Shown piece after piece: positions 1-12,146 of a stretch of DNA of 64,000 nucleotides. The stretch is from assembly GCA_965153285.1 (NCBI GenBank), contig OZ229120.1, one strand, 5' to 3'. The position numbers and the translations under genes were made by a program. Below the pieces are notes generated by a model. That model saw nothing but the letters and a program-made list of their open reading frames with translations, was not told where the DNA came from and ran no database searches. Position 1 is the first letter of the stretch. Every line of letters starts with the position of its first letter. Source of the stretch: Podarcis tiliguerta. Lineage: Eukaryota.

Positions 1-1077
1 AGGAAAGCAAAATCTCTGCCAACAGAGCAGAGGAACACAAGTGTTTTATGACAGGTTTTTGCATGGATTCTGTGGCACTTCCTTCCTTCCCAGTCAAGGA
101 ATGTCACACTGCAGGCTTGAGAAGAGAGCAAGAACGTATAGGAAATGCACAGGAACGCATTCCGGAATTACCAGGGACAGGGCTTCCCTGTGGCCAGAAG
201 AGTGGGCCTGCTCAGGACGTGGCTGGAAAAACGATTCAGATGACGGCTTCTGTAAGAAAAGTGCAGGAGAACAGCTTTTTCAAGGATGGCATGTCACTGA
301 CTTCTCCCTGCTTTAGGTCTTGTTTTCTGTTCTTCAGACACACAGTACTTAAATGCAGCTGAAGTAGAATTCATTTTGCATTATGGTGAATGAATAGCAA
401 ATCATGCCCTGGATTTATATAATCTTTTTGCCATCTGGCCATTCTTTCTCTCTTGCTACGCTGACTGCTCCATCTCTCTCTCCCCCCCCCAATATCCAGT
501 TCTAAAGGCGAAGTTGAGCTTTTTGCCCCAGTATCTCCAGCTGACTTTGCTTCCTGCTGTTAGGAATCACCCTTGCGCTGAGGGATTGCTTTATTCTGAA
601 GCCTTTGGAGATTAACAAGAATATACAAAAAAGAGGGAGTGGAGCTAATTGTGTCTTCTGAAGAGGCCTTTGGGCTTTGTGGCTGAGAGATCACAGAGCC
701 AAGTAATCCCTCCGCCACTCTGCCTTATTTATCCGAAGAGTAGGGACCTGCTGCTTTGGCGTGTCTTTGTGGTTTTAAATTGGTTGTTTCTTGCTTTTTA
801 GAACTTGAGTTTTTCTTTGAATTAGAAAGGTGGGATAGAAATCCTTTATGGCTGAATTAAATCATGGCCAAGTCACTTGAAGCATCTGTTATCATCTGTA
901 GAAATTACCAACTAGTACACATTTTTGCTACTATACCTGCCTGCACACACAGACAGACTTAATTATATTATCTATGTTATTTTACCCAGGCAATTGCATT
1001 TACACCCCACCTTTCTTCCAAGGAGCTCAAGGTTTCCCCTTTCCCATTTTGACCTCATAACCCTGTAAGGTCTGGAG

Positions 1078-1212
1078 CAGGCATAGGCTAACTCGGCCCT
1101 CCAGATGTTTTGGGACTACAACTCCCATCATCCCTAGCTAACAGAACCAGTGGTCAGGGATGATGGGAATTGTAGTCACAAAATATCTGGAGGGCCAAGT
1201 TGCCTATGCCTG
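1078..1212. mobile_element. Palindromic hAT-type MITE
   Basis: TIRs CAGGCATAGGC / GCCTATGCCTG; internal palindrome; perfect 8-bp TSD GTCTGGAG (1070-1077 and 1213-1220). Confidence 0.9.
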
Positions 1213-2750
1213 GTCTGGAGTAAGTGGCTCAAGGTGGGATCAACTTGATTTAGAGTTATATTTATTGTCATTGTTATTCATAGTTTATATCCTGCCTTTC
1301 TGTAACGCAAGTATATGCAAGGCACAAAAATGCAGATAAAATATTAATAATCTGAAATGATAATTGAAAGCTGTATTTGGACCACATTTTTAAAGAGGAC
1401 TATCTTTAAAAAAGCCCACTGAAACAAAACTGTTTTCAGAGCCTGCGTAAAAGCGAGCAATGAAGGGGCCAGAAGTACCTCTTGGGATGGTTGCTCCGTA
1501 TTCTGGGTGCCACAACCCACAAGGCCCTGCTGCCTGCTTATACCTGCCCTCTTCCGCTGGCAGGGAGATGGAGAGTCCTTGGGCAGGTGCATTATGGGAG
1601 AAGGCCACCCCCAAAGAGGGCGCATTGGTTGTCTGGTTGGGGTTTTTTTCCTTCCATGTTTTCCTAAAGGCTTCCCCATCTAATCGCCTGAAGGCCTTTT
1701 GCTCACCACTGGCGGCCAGGCAGGTGACTCCTTGACGCTTGTCTGAGGCAAGTGTGTTAACTTCCTGGAAGAGGTCCTGATCCTTTCTCTTTCCTGGTCC
1801 TCTTGCTCACCTGCTGCTGTCTCTGCTGGGCTCCCGATCCTTTTTCTTCAAGGGGGAAGCAGTGTGGGCTGATTCCAGGCATGCACACACGCAATCTTAA
1901 TTCAGCATTTGGGATAAATATTTACTTCTTTGACAACTAAGCCATAGTGTTGGGTCAGGAAATAGGAAGGGCGAGGGAAGGCCATGGCTTAGGGATGCCT
2001 TGCAGGACCCTGCGTTGGTCCGTGTGGAGAATCTCTTTGGATTTCAACCCAGGCTGGCTTTCGCCATCCTCAGGTGTGCAGTTCCAGACCTTCCTTTCTT
2101 GACAGATAAGAGTTACTAAAAAAGTAAAAATTTGTGCTCTTTCTTGTTTCTTTTGCTTCTTCATTCCTATGTCCTCTTCTGGAACTCTGTGTGTGATGCT
2201 GCTGCTTCAGGATCAGCAGCACATCTGTATCAGGAACCTATCCAGATGTTCCTCGTGGCTCTGCAAAGCTCAGTATCTAGGCCACAGCTTGTGTTCTCGC
2301 CTTCCATCTTTTCTGCACCGCCCCCCCCCAGCTGACCTGAGCATCCGCAGCAACATGGGAGATTATCATCTGGCGCAGTTATCTCCTATCAGAGGGCTCT
2401 GCTGCTTTCTATGGGCTGCCAGGTTTGCTGACAGCATGTTCCTCTGTCTGAAACGAGATCAGATGTGGCAGAGCTAATTGCCTCTAGTCTGCTGAGTTTT
2501 GAAGCGCAGGAGTTGGGGGGGGGGCAGCTTTCGTGTGTCAGGCAGGACAGTTAAGGGTGGCTGTTCGTTTCCTCCCCGCCCCCAGGGGTTTGCTCTTAAT
2601 TGGACAGTATGGTACCTGTTCATAGTTTCAGCAGAGAGAAACAAGAGGCTGGATAGTTGCTGTGTGGATTCAAAGGAAGAGTGTGTTTAATGGAAGAGCT
2701 TTAGCGTAAAAGCGTGCTGGAAGTTGCAGTTGGAGCCGTCATGAATCACG

Positions 2751-2781
2751 CACAAACACACACACACACACACACACACAC
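2751..2781. repeat. (CA)n microsatellite
   Basis: Direct reading; another at ~3678-3703. Confidence 0.95.
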
Positions 2782-3292
2782 GGGTTGTCTTGATGCCTCT
2801 ATACTGTGAGAGGGGATAGTTCATGCAGCGAGCAAGCTGTCACTTGCTGGTAATTGGGCAACTGGTGGCTTAATTGAAGACAGACAGAGCTCCTTACTCA
2901 GGCAGGTGAAAGGGAAAAAGGGAAGAAGAGAGGAAAGTGAATGGGGCTCCCAGGCTCCTTGCTCCCCTTCAGGGCTCCCTTACCTGCTATGCCAACGCTA
3001 AGCACAGCGAGGGAGATTCTGGACAGATCAGGGCTTTCTGCTACTTGCTCTGACTGGGCCTTGACTGGAAAGGGCTGGGGTCACCCAGAGTTGGCTCGGT
3101 TGGGCAAATGTCAGCCCCCAGGTGTCTATGAGGGCTCAAGGGACCAATATTTTCGCTTTGTGCTGGGCTTCCTGAAAGGGCAGGGCCAGAACTGAGCAAG
3201 CAAGCCACAGCTCTTCTTGCTGTCTCCTCTAAAGTGGAGGGTGGCAGCCTGAATAAACCTGCCCATACAAGTCGTAACGAGGGTGGGATGGG

Positions 3293-3361
3293 GAATCATA
3301 GAGTTGGAAGGGTCCCCAAGGGTCATCCAGTCCAACCCCCTGCAATGCAGGAATCCCAGCT
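3293..3361 (-). mobile_element. CR1 LINE 3' end fragment
   Basis: AATCATAGAGTTGGAAGGG...GTCATCCAGTCCAACCCC is the reverse complement of the CR1 3' hairpin and ATTCTATG-type tail. Confidence 0.75.
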
Positions 3362-3362
3362 G

Positions 3363-3460
3363 AAAGGCCATAGCTCTTTGCTAGAGCCTGGCCTGCAGAA
3401 AGGTCCCACATTCAATCCCTAGCACCTCCAGGCAGGGTGGGGAAAATGCCTGTCTGAAAG
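3363..3460 (+). mobile_element. tRNA-derived SINE (Squam3-like), degenerate
   Basis: GGCCATAGCTC...AGAAAGGTCCCACATTCAATCCCTAGCACCTCCAGG with A/B-box remnants; related copy on the minus strand near 49527-49650. Confidence 0.55.
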
Positions 3461-3677
3461 TGAGGAGAACCTTTGCCAACTTGGGCCCTTCCAGATGTTT
3501 AGGACTGTGACTCTCCTCAGCCCCTGCCAGCATATCCTCTTGGAGTCCAGAACATCTGGAGGGCATCCTGTTGGGGAAGGCTAGCGTAGGGCAACTTCCT
3601 GTGTTGCTAACCAGCCAGGTGGGGCTGCCTATTGGCTGCGTGCTTGTTCTTCTTCCTTGTAAAGGGTGAACTAGGAG

Positions 3678-3708
<31 letters not shown>

Positions 3709-4184
3709 GAGTTTGTACCCAGAGCCCTCCTGGCACTGCTGTTCCAAGTCTGCAGTGGTTGCTGCAGGCTCAGCTGCAGGTGGAACTTGGCCTGTCCAGC
3801 CGTGCTCAGTTGTCTTGGACACGGATAAGTGGTTTCTTGTTCCCTGTGATACCGCAGTTCCAAGCTCCTCATGAGCACAGCCCATCATCCAGAACTCCTG
3901 GCTTTGGGGGACAAGAGCCAATTCGTGCTGGCTGTGCAATATTCCTTGGACAACAACATGCTTTCTTCTCCATTTCAGCATTTCTTAAATATTCCCCCAT
4001 TTTTCTGAAGCAAAGTGGGGCAAAGCACTGGAGTGGCCTCTTATCCAGGTTCCTTTGTTGTGAAAAATGAAACTAGCTTGAAGGCTTCTTTCTCCCTTAT
4101 CTGCAGCCGAAATATTTAACAACCTGAGAGTTAAAATGCTTGAGGTTGGAATAATCAACTGACATCCTCTTTTTTCTTTTACAG

Positions 4185-4214
4185 TAAAGAAAGCGAAGCT
4201 CCAGGGGCCACCAG
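4185..4214 (+). CDS. UNC13B: UNC13B coding exon 2 (30 nt, phase 1-1): (V)KKAKLQGPP(D), start of C2A domain
   Basis: Polypyrimidine tract and ACAG acceptor (4181-4184); CAG|GTGAGC donor. Translation matches Munc13-2 VKRAKFQGSPD and is in phase with the next exon. Confidence 0.9.
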
Positions 4215-4966
4215 GTGAGCGCAGATTTTCTTCTGCCCAACAAGTCTGCCTGCTGACATCCGTGTTCTTGCTGTTGCCTCTTGGCTGGCTCTCTGCTGTG
4301 GTGCATGGCAGGAATTTTCTAGCTTCCGAGTGTCTGGCCTGTGTCCTCCCTGTTTATGCAGTTCCTTCTAAAATCCAAAATAGTTGGACAAAATAACAAT
4401 AATAAATTTATTAGATTTATATACCACCCTTCATCCGAAGAGCTCAGGGCAATTCACAAGCTAAAATAAAGCTGTGCCCAGTTATTGGTCTGACCTTGGC
4501 CACTGAAAAGTCTTGAGAGTTTCTGAAGCGGCTTCAGCAAAGCTCCAAGATATAAGGAAGTTCCAGGAGTGTAAGGCAGCCACACTTGGGAGCCTTGGAG
4601 ATTAAACTGAAGCAGCTCCATTTTGCTGTCAGCAATGAAAGCAGCTTGATTTCTTACAATTCAATGGAAGTTGAGCTTCATCGTTCTTCCAAGCAATGAG
4701 CAGCTTCCACACTTGACTCCTCGCAGTTCTTAACTCATAGCTAGTGTTTCTTATTGTGTGAAGCCTTTCCCAGTCCTTGGGGCCAGATCATGAAGATCAA
4801 GGAGGTGGCAGTGGAAATTTCTATTCTGCCCTGCTCTCCTGTCATCTCCTTGCTCTGCTGAAGTGCAGCTGGTGGGAGTCGTTTTCTTTCCACCAAATAC
4901 CATGTGCTGGCAAGGAGGAGTTTGAGATATTTACCCTCAGGTGAAACAACTCTGCTTTCTCTCCAG

Positions 4967-5066
4967 ATAAATTCAATACGTATGTGACCCTGAAGGTGCA
5001 AAATGTGAAGAGCACCACTGTTGCCGTTCGAGGGGACCAGCCATGCTGGGAACAAGACTTCCTCTT
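4967..5066 (+). CDS. UNC13B: UNC13B exon 3 (100 nt): [33 protein letters not shown](F), C2A domain
   Basis: ctccag acceptor, GTAAGT donor. Near-identical to Munc13 C2A, including K32 (homodimerisation residue). [10 protein letters not shown] is UNC13B-type; UNC13A has TTIAVRGSQP. Confidence 0.97.
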
Positions 5067-6443
5067 GTAAGTGAATGCTGTGGGTCAAGATCACACCTGA
5101 AAGTGGAGTGCCGGGTTGCTAAGTGTCAATTTTGTCCCTCAGCTATCTGGGGGCAATGAAGTTCCACCAGTTGAGTTACGGGAAAGCGAGTATTTATGTT
5201 AAATTCCATACAGGGAGGATAAGATGGGAGAAATTGGGAAATTAGGAACTTTAAACATGTTTTTTATCTTGGGAAAGAGACAAGAGAGGAAACACCATAT
5301 TGATAGGTTAAATTGAATGATCACTGTATTGAAAAAGTAATGCTGGGGGGGGGGTGTTTCAAAGATTGGATATGATTGTATTTATGGTATATGGTGTCCC
5401 TTTCCTTTCAAGAGCATTGTAAGTATTGTATTTCTTTTGAATGTTAATATTGTTGGTACTCTGAAGACTTTTTCTTTCCTTTGAGGTTTAAATACGTATT
5501 AAACTGTTGATATTGTTAATTTATAATTAAAACAAAAACACTGAAAGGAGAAGCATTTGCCTTTCTCTGTCTGTTTGTTGGGAAGTTGCAAAGGTGTTGC
5601 TTGAAAACACATGTTGCTTTTTGTAATACCTTGCCTGGGACTCTCCACACGGACATCATCCCCTTCCAAGAGCACAGGCTCTTAGGGAAGTATCCAGTGG
5701 AACAGATCTGCTAGCGTAGGGTATTTGGGCTGTGCAACAGAACTGCCCCTCCCTCCCTCCCTCGCCTCCCCCCTCCCACCCCGTAAATCTATTCTGGAGC
5801 AGATTGGGTGTGGGGTGGGGCGTAGAGAGATGAGAGGTGGTAGAAGCTGCATTGAACAAGCAGAAATTCTTGCACTAGCGGATCTGCTTCTTTGGATCCT
5901 GCCCTTGGTCTACTTAAAGGGGTGGTGATTCCTTGCAAATGTGCAAGCTTAGGTACAAAATAAGGGGCAGGGATGATCACAGGGGGAGAAAGGGGTCTGT
6001 CAGGACTGTGAACTTGGGTTTTGAAAGAAGTGGAGCAATCTGCTGTGGCTCAGGCTACCATGTAGCAGTGTCCTTTGTCAGAGGAAACTTTAAATTGTGC
6101 GTTGAGATTTGGCTGGAGGAGCATCTTGCAGTCAAGCCCAGCAGGCTTTGACTTGTGGTCCTGAATAGACCTCTAGTGGCCGAAAGGCATCTCTGCAGTT
6201 GTCTGGGCTGAGGCTGGCAGCCAGGGAGAGGCTGGTCATCCTCCTCCTGTCTGGGGGATCCCAGGAGATCCTCCTGTTGGTCTGGCTTGACCTGCAGCTG
6301 AAAGACGGTTGCTCTTCAGATTAAAACAGGGACAAGGCAGTCAGTTGGGAAGCAGTCAGAATGGACATTGTAAAAAAGGCGAAGGTGTGGGTCCAGTTTT
6401 CCCCCAGCTGCTTATGTGTTGTGTCTCTTTTCCTCCTTTGCAG

Positions 6444-6561
6444 CGAGATCAGCCGCCTGGACCTGGGCTTGATTGTGGAAGTATGGAACAAAGGGCTGAT
6501 CTGGGACACAATGGTTGGGACAGCGTGGATTGAGCTGAAGGCCATCCGGCAGTCGGATGAG
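6444..6561 (+). CDS. UNC13B: UNC13B exon 4 (118 nt): [39 protein letters not shown]
   Basis: ttgcag acceptor, GAG|GTCAGT donor; lies inside ORF 6361..6636. EISRL and IRQSDE are UNC13B-type. Confidence 0.97.
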
Positions 6562-7715
6562 GTCAGTAGACCTTCAGAGCCGAGAGAGATGCTCTTCAGC
6601 CCCCTGGGACTTCCGGGGTGTTTGGGGTGGCGGTGAAGAAATGGTGAAGAGCTTTCCTTGTGCCATTTGGTTGCGTCTGTCTAGTATCCAGCATGATGTT
6701 GGATCACAGTTGCCATCATCCCTGAGTGGCTGGGCTGATGGGATCTGCAGTCCGACAACATGTGGAGTCTTTCAGGCCCCTCTCTTCTTCCTCATCTGTA
6801 CTGAAGCAAAGGCTAGCATGGACTGCTCCTGTGACCCAGCCAGGAGATGAAAATGTTGCATGCTTCTTCCACGCAGCATTCTTGCATGACCCAGAAATTA
6901 TGGAATCCTTTTCTAAAGCTCCCATCACCTCTTGACTTCAGTCACAACTGATCCCGGCACAATGACCGTTTAAGGCATGCAAGGAAAAGTAATCTTACGC
7001 AACACTCTGAACTTTCTTCTAAGGCTATAAGTGGAAACGCTGCTGTTCATTTTTTTTTTTAAAAAAATAAAGGCCCGTGAATTAAAGCAGACCTCTTGGT
7101 TCTTCTTCTCAGAGCCCATTTAGGCCAAGAGGGTTTCTGTCGACTGCAGAGGATGGTTTGTCTCAAGCTCTGAGTCCGCAGGTGAAAGCCGTTCTGTAAT
7201 TCTGCCACAGCAAATGAGCAGGATTTTGTTCAGCGGCACACGGCTTGTTCTCTACAGTATACATATTTTGTTTTTAATAGATGATTTACTGCTTTGGGGG
7301 CATTTGGACTTCCAAAAAGCAGCAGTAAATAAATTGTAGCAGCAACAGCACTCTGGTGGTCTCTTTGACGTATTCTGTAGAAGCTTGAATTCCTCCAAAA
7401 GTTCAGACCATTTCCTGATGTGGTTTGGAGTTGCCATGTCAATTCCTTCTTGCAGGGGTCGGGGGACCTAGTCAGACGGTTTTGCAAATTGATTTGATGT
7501 ATTTTTAAAGTTTTTAATTTTAGATTTATTTTTTGTATGTGGCCACAGTTTTTTGTGATGTGTGTTTTATAAAATATCTAAATGCATGTTGTTGTGCCTT
7601 TCAGCACTTTGGGGGCTGCTTCATATGGGGCGATAAAATAACAGACGTGAGAAAAGTGGGAAGATGGATGGGGAGATATTTCTGGTGAAGTTGCTGATGC
7701 CCTTTCTCTTTCCAG

Positions 7716-7839
7716 GAGGGCCCTGGGGAGTGGTCCACCCTGGAAGCTGAGGTCTTGATGAAGGGCCATGAGGTCTGTGGCACCAAAAACCCAACACCTC
7801 ACCAGATTTTGTTGGATACAAGATTTGAGTTGCCTTTCG
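7716..7839 (+). CDS. UNC13B: UNC13B exon 5 (124 nt): [41 protein letters not shown]
   Basis: tttccag acceptor, G|GTGAGT donor. WSTLEAE and NPTPH are UNC13B-type. Phase 0 to 1. Confidence 0.97.
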
Positions 7840-10604
7840 GTGAGTGCAAATGACTTTCTGCCATCCCCCGTCATGCTCTGTGAAACTCAAAGACTCCTCT
7901 TCCCTCTTGCTGCCCTGATGTGGGCCCACCGTGAGGGTCTTTTCTTAGTGGTGGTTTCCTTCCAGGAGTTCGCTCCAATTAAATCAGGCTTACGGTGCTG
8001 TATATGGGAGGACAATTTTGAAGCCCTGAGGTTTTCTTGCAGCACAGCATTTTCCATAAGTGGGGTGTGTGTGTGCTTATTTCACATTGCCTAGCAACCA
8101 GTAATCTTTATTCAAAGTCATCAGACTGCTGAATGCAACTAATAGAAGGAAACTTGAAGGTCCTTTAGTCCAGCCCCTATTATACAGTTTCTGAATTTGT
8201 TTGTAAAGTATGATTGGTAATTCTGAACGGAGAAGTTTGCAAATAATGCAAGTAACAGTAGTATCCTTTTTGAGGAGGGCCAGTCCACTCTCTTCCTATT
8301 TGGGGGTTTGTCTGTGTCTGTGGAGGGGGGATGGGGCCTTTCAGGCAAACTTTGAGAGGGAGGGAGGGCACAAATTTGGCTTGTGTTTCTTCTGGGGAGG
8401 AGTCCTCTCTGCAGCCATTGTAACCCCCCCCCGAAAAAAAACCCATTTCAGGGATCAAACTGCAGGCCAAGAAATGCACCCTCCAAAGCAGCCTCACTGA
8501 GGCTGCCAACTTGGATGCCCGTTTTACTGGACTATTTCTTTGTACAGTGTAACGGCTGTTGCCACACAGGCTTTAGCTGGCATAGTTTGGCTCAAAAATG
8601 ATTCCTCTAGTGCGACATTCCTCGCTCTCTTAGCTGTTCAGAACGGTGCACAAGTTGTAAATAGTCTGAATTGTGTGCCTCCCCCTCCAGGAAAGGTTTC
8701 TGCTGTTTCAGGGGAGCCATATCTTCCAAGAAGATGCAATGATGCTTTTCAGATACTATTATAATTTCATGCTTAAAGAAATACAAGAAGGCTACTTCTG
8801 CTTAAGGAGTTTGAGAACCAGTGAATGCCGTGATGGGCTCTCCGGGGCAAAAAGTAGGGCCCTTTCCAGCCTCAGCATCCCAGGGCCATGTGCCTTTCAT
8901 GGTTCCTTGCAGGTGCAGGAATGACGTGCTCTCAGGATAAAGATTGCATCAGTATCGAAGGAGCTTTAGCGTTGTGGGTCCCTCCTTGGTCACTGTCCTT
9001 CCTTTTAACTTTGAGTATGAGATCACTTCTCTCTCTACAGCAGTATCCCACCATGCCCCCCCCGGGGGGGGGGGGAGAGATATATTTAGAAATCTTGTGT
9101 TTCATTTCCCAGGTGAAAGCGCCCCTCTCCTATGTGATAAAATGGACTTGGAAGAAGCGGTATACCTGTGTGTTTGGTTCAGCATGTTTATATTCATGGA
9201 GCGAGCTTTGGCTTCAGATGGCTTAAAAAGCTCTCCCACAAGCCATTTCCAAAGTTGCTCAAGGCTTTCTTTGATGACAGAGAGAATATAATGACCTGGT
9301 GTGGAGCTGTTGCATGTTTGTGGTGGTGTTTGCGAAACGAATTGTCTTATCTCGGATAAGATGCCCAGAAGCATGCTATGGGAATGGCTCCCTGAAGCCA
9401 GGATGTGACAGGCCCTTGGCAGTCCCCTGCCGCTCTGCCTGGGCAGTGCAAGACAGGGACACGTCTGAGGACAAGGTTTCCATCCCTTTTTGGAAGCAGA
9501 GTTCTTGACTGTGTCATTGGGCATGTCAGTAGTTAGCTCTCTTCTGGCTGGGGCTGGTGGGAGTTGTAGTCCGACGGATCTGGAGGCCTCCATCTTGGGG
9601 ATGACTGAGTTAGAGGTGCCTTGGTTAATGGGGACGGGGGGACATTTTGAAGCTCTGTGCAGTCCCAAACCTTCCTGTGGTCCTGCAGAGTGCAAGAGGT
9701 CTCTCCTGGCCCAGCACTCCGCTTCCCACTTAACCTGCCAGAGTTTTCTGGGAGATTTTCCAGACATGCCTGGTTCCATCACCTGCTTGAGGCACAGGCA
9801 TGCTTCCCCTTGGGCCGTGGATTTTGTGTTCTCCTCTTTTCATCTCCAGCCTCCCTGCCTTTCCTTTCCCCCCTTAATCAGAGTTCCAAACATTCTGGAA
9901 TTGGGAAAGCCAGCAAGAGACTTGACTTTTATGTTGCTGGATTTGTGATGTTTTCCGGGGTTTCCATTCAAAGAGACCTCTGGGCCACAGCTGTTTTTCT
10001 GCCTTGCCTCTGCAGTCGGTTGTGCTTTGCCGCCTCCTGTTTCTCAGTCTGATCTGAAAAGTGGGGAAAGTATGAAACATTAATTGAACCTAACTAGCGC
10101 TTGTTGACACCGTGCCTGCTGTTGCTGCCGCCCTCCTTGTTCTGACCCTCCTCTGCCTCCGCCCTTGGCCAGGAAGTCATGCTCCTCCTTCCCCTTGGCT
10201 CTTGGCAGTGTGCACCTGCCTCACCTGCTGACACAGTTCCCTTTCTGTAATCTGACTGTGCAGCTCGCAAGGGTCTGTCCACCATTCCTTCTGTTCTCAA
10301 TGAGCCCAAGAAAGCCGTGTTGTTTTTACAGCTGTGTGTGTGGTTTTTGTTTCTATTCTTAATTGAACCAGCATCCCTGGTCATGTGCTGTTCTGCGTAA
10401 GCATGCTCTGAATTTAAAAGTACATGCCTGGCCCTATGGATGTTCTGGGACGCCCAGTGCTGTGGCATGGTTGAGGCTGGGCAGCTGTGGAATTGGGTGG
10501 GAAGCTTCTGGGGCCCCCATGTCGGAGCAGAATATGCATATAATAAAATATATTTTGGGGAACGGGGATGGGAGCAGGCGCCTGCTTATTCTGCTGTCTT
10601 GCAG

Positions 10605-10678
10605 ACATCCCGGAAGAGGAAGCCAAATACTGGACTCAGAAGTTAAAGCAGATAAACTCCTTGGAGGAAGATGATGAG
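10605..10678 (+). CDS. UNC13B: UNC13B exon 6 (74 nt): DIPEEEAKYWTQKLKQINSLEEDDE, helical extension of C2A (RIM zinc-finger contact region)
   Basis: ttgcag acceptor, GAG|GTGGGT donor; matches Munc13 DIPEEEARYW. Phase 1 to 0. Confidence 0.95.
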
Positions 10679-12088
10679 GTGGGTATGCTTTGCTCTGCTG
10701 TGCTCCATGCACACTCCCGCCTTGGGACCTCTTGCTGGAGTCTGGCCAAATGCCCATAGGGGGTTTCTGGGGATCTGGATAAGGTCAGGTGGTATACCCG
10801 GCTCTGGATTGCACAATTTGTGATTTCAGCCGGGTGCCCCTATGCTGGAATGCTGCCCATTGAGCAGACATTCCTACAGGCAGGAGGAAGGCTAGTCTAG
10901 GACTGTTCTTCCCCATGCATAGCAGGCCAGGTGCCAGGGAGAATTGGCTGCCCTTTCTGGTGGGGGGTGAGAGCATTTGTTCATTTACAGGAGAGGATAT
11001 CGGACGTGGCAAGTGAGTGGCCTCAGTCCAGCATACCTGAAGGAGTGTCTCCACCCCCAGCCTGGACACTGAGGTCCATCTCCCAAGGGCCTTCTGGCGG
11101 TTCCCTCCCTGCGAGAAGGGAGGTTGCAGGGAACCAGGCAGAGGGCCTTCTCGGTGGTGGCACCCGCCCTGTGGAACACCCTGCCAGCTGTTCAGGCTGA
11201 CTTTCCATTGCACCATCGGATAAGACGAGCCACCACTTTTGAAAGCGACAGGCTAACTGAAGGCATTCTTTGGTTCTGCAGTTATTTATTAGAAATACAG
11301 GGGAAGAAGGGGGGGGGGGGTAACCAAGACCCCAAGGGAAACTCCCGTTTAGCAACGAAAGAAAAGCCCACTGAATCCGGGGGCTGCATTGGCTAAAAAG
11401 AAATCTCAAGGTGGTGCTTCATCTCTGCAGAGTGCCTGCATGCAGGTGGGAGAGGTGGGGGCAGGATTTCTGCCTGTTGCACAGCTTTCCAGGCCATTGG
11501 TCTTCTATTGGTGGGTTGGGACCCATTGCCAAGAAGTGGCCTGATCTAAGGTGGGGCACAGCAAATACAGAAGGAAATGGCTCCCCCAATGCACCTGTGG
11601 GTTTAAGGGTCTGAGAAGGCGGAAGACCACTGTTCTAGCGCTACCCTGCGCCCTCAATACTTCCTTGCATTTTTATTTAATTTAAACCATTTATGTTCTG
11701 CCTACCCAAAGCGCAGGGCGGTTCACAGCAAAGATTAAAACAGTATAAAAACAGTACAACAAAGTTTGGCACTACCAGAGTCCCAGTTCCTGCTCATTCA
11801 TTTCTGCTTCTTTTCCAGTCCTGTTCCAAATCTAGGCAGGGCTGCACAGGAGAAATCAAACTCAGCTTGCCAACACTTGGGGGAAAGTGTTTGGGGCTTT
11901 GTAGCAACCAAGGGGGGCTCTGGAGCAGGTGCCCGGAAGCTTTGGCGTGAAGCAGGGCAAATGTTTCTTTGGGAGAGGGGAGTGTTTGGTTTTATGGAAG
12001 AGGAGAAAAGTGCCCCTAAATGAGATAGCCCCTGTCTGCTGAAAATCGTTTTACTGTGTTCCTCATCTCTACTCATTTTCCCCCTTAG

Positions 12089-12146
12089 CATTCGTTTGCG
12101 GAAGAGGTCCAGAAGCAGCCGCTGCCCACTGCTGCCTCCCAGTGTT
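12089..12146 (+). CDS. UNC13B: UNC13B exon 7 (58 nt): HSFAEEVQKQPLPTAASQC
   Basis: ccttag acceptor, GTAAGT donor; similar to mammalian YSSQEESQRKPLPTAAAQC. Phase 0 to 1. Confidence 0.93.

Noticed and set aside
291-320. ATGTCACTG as UNC13B exon 1 (MSL...)
   Set aside because: It continues MSLTSP rather than MSLLCV and has no donor after 22 nt. Exon 1 must lie upstream of the window.
9102-9948. 226-aa and 152-aa intronic ORFs
   Set aside because: No domain similarity or compatible splice sites; they include a MITE remnant.
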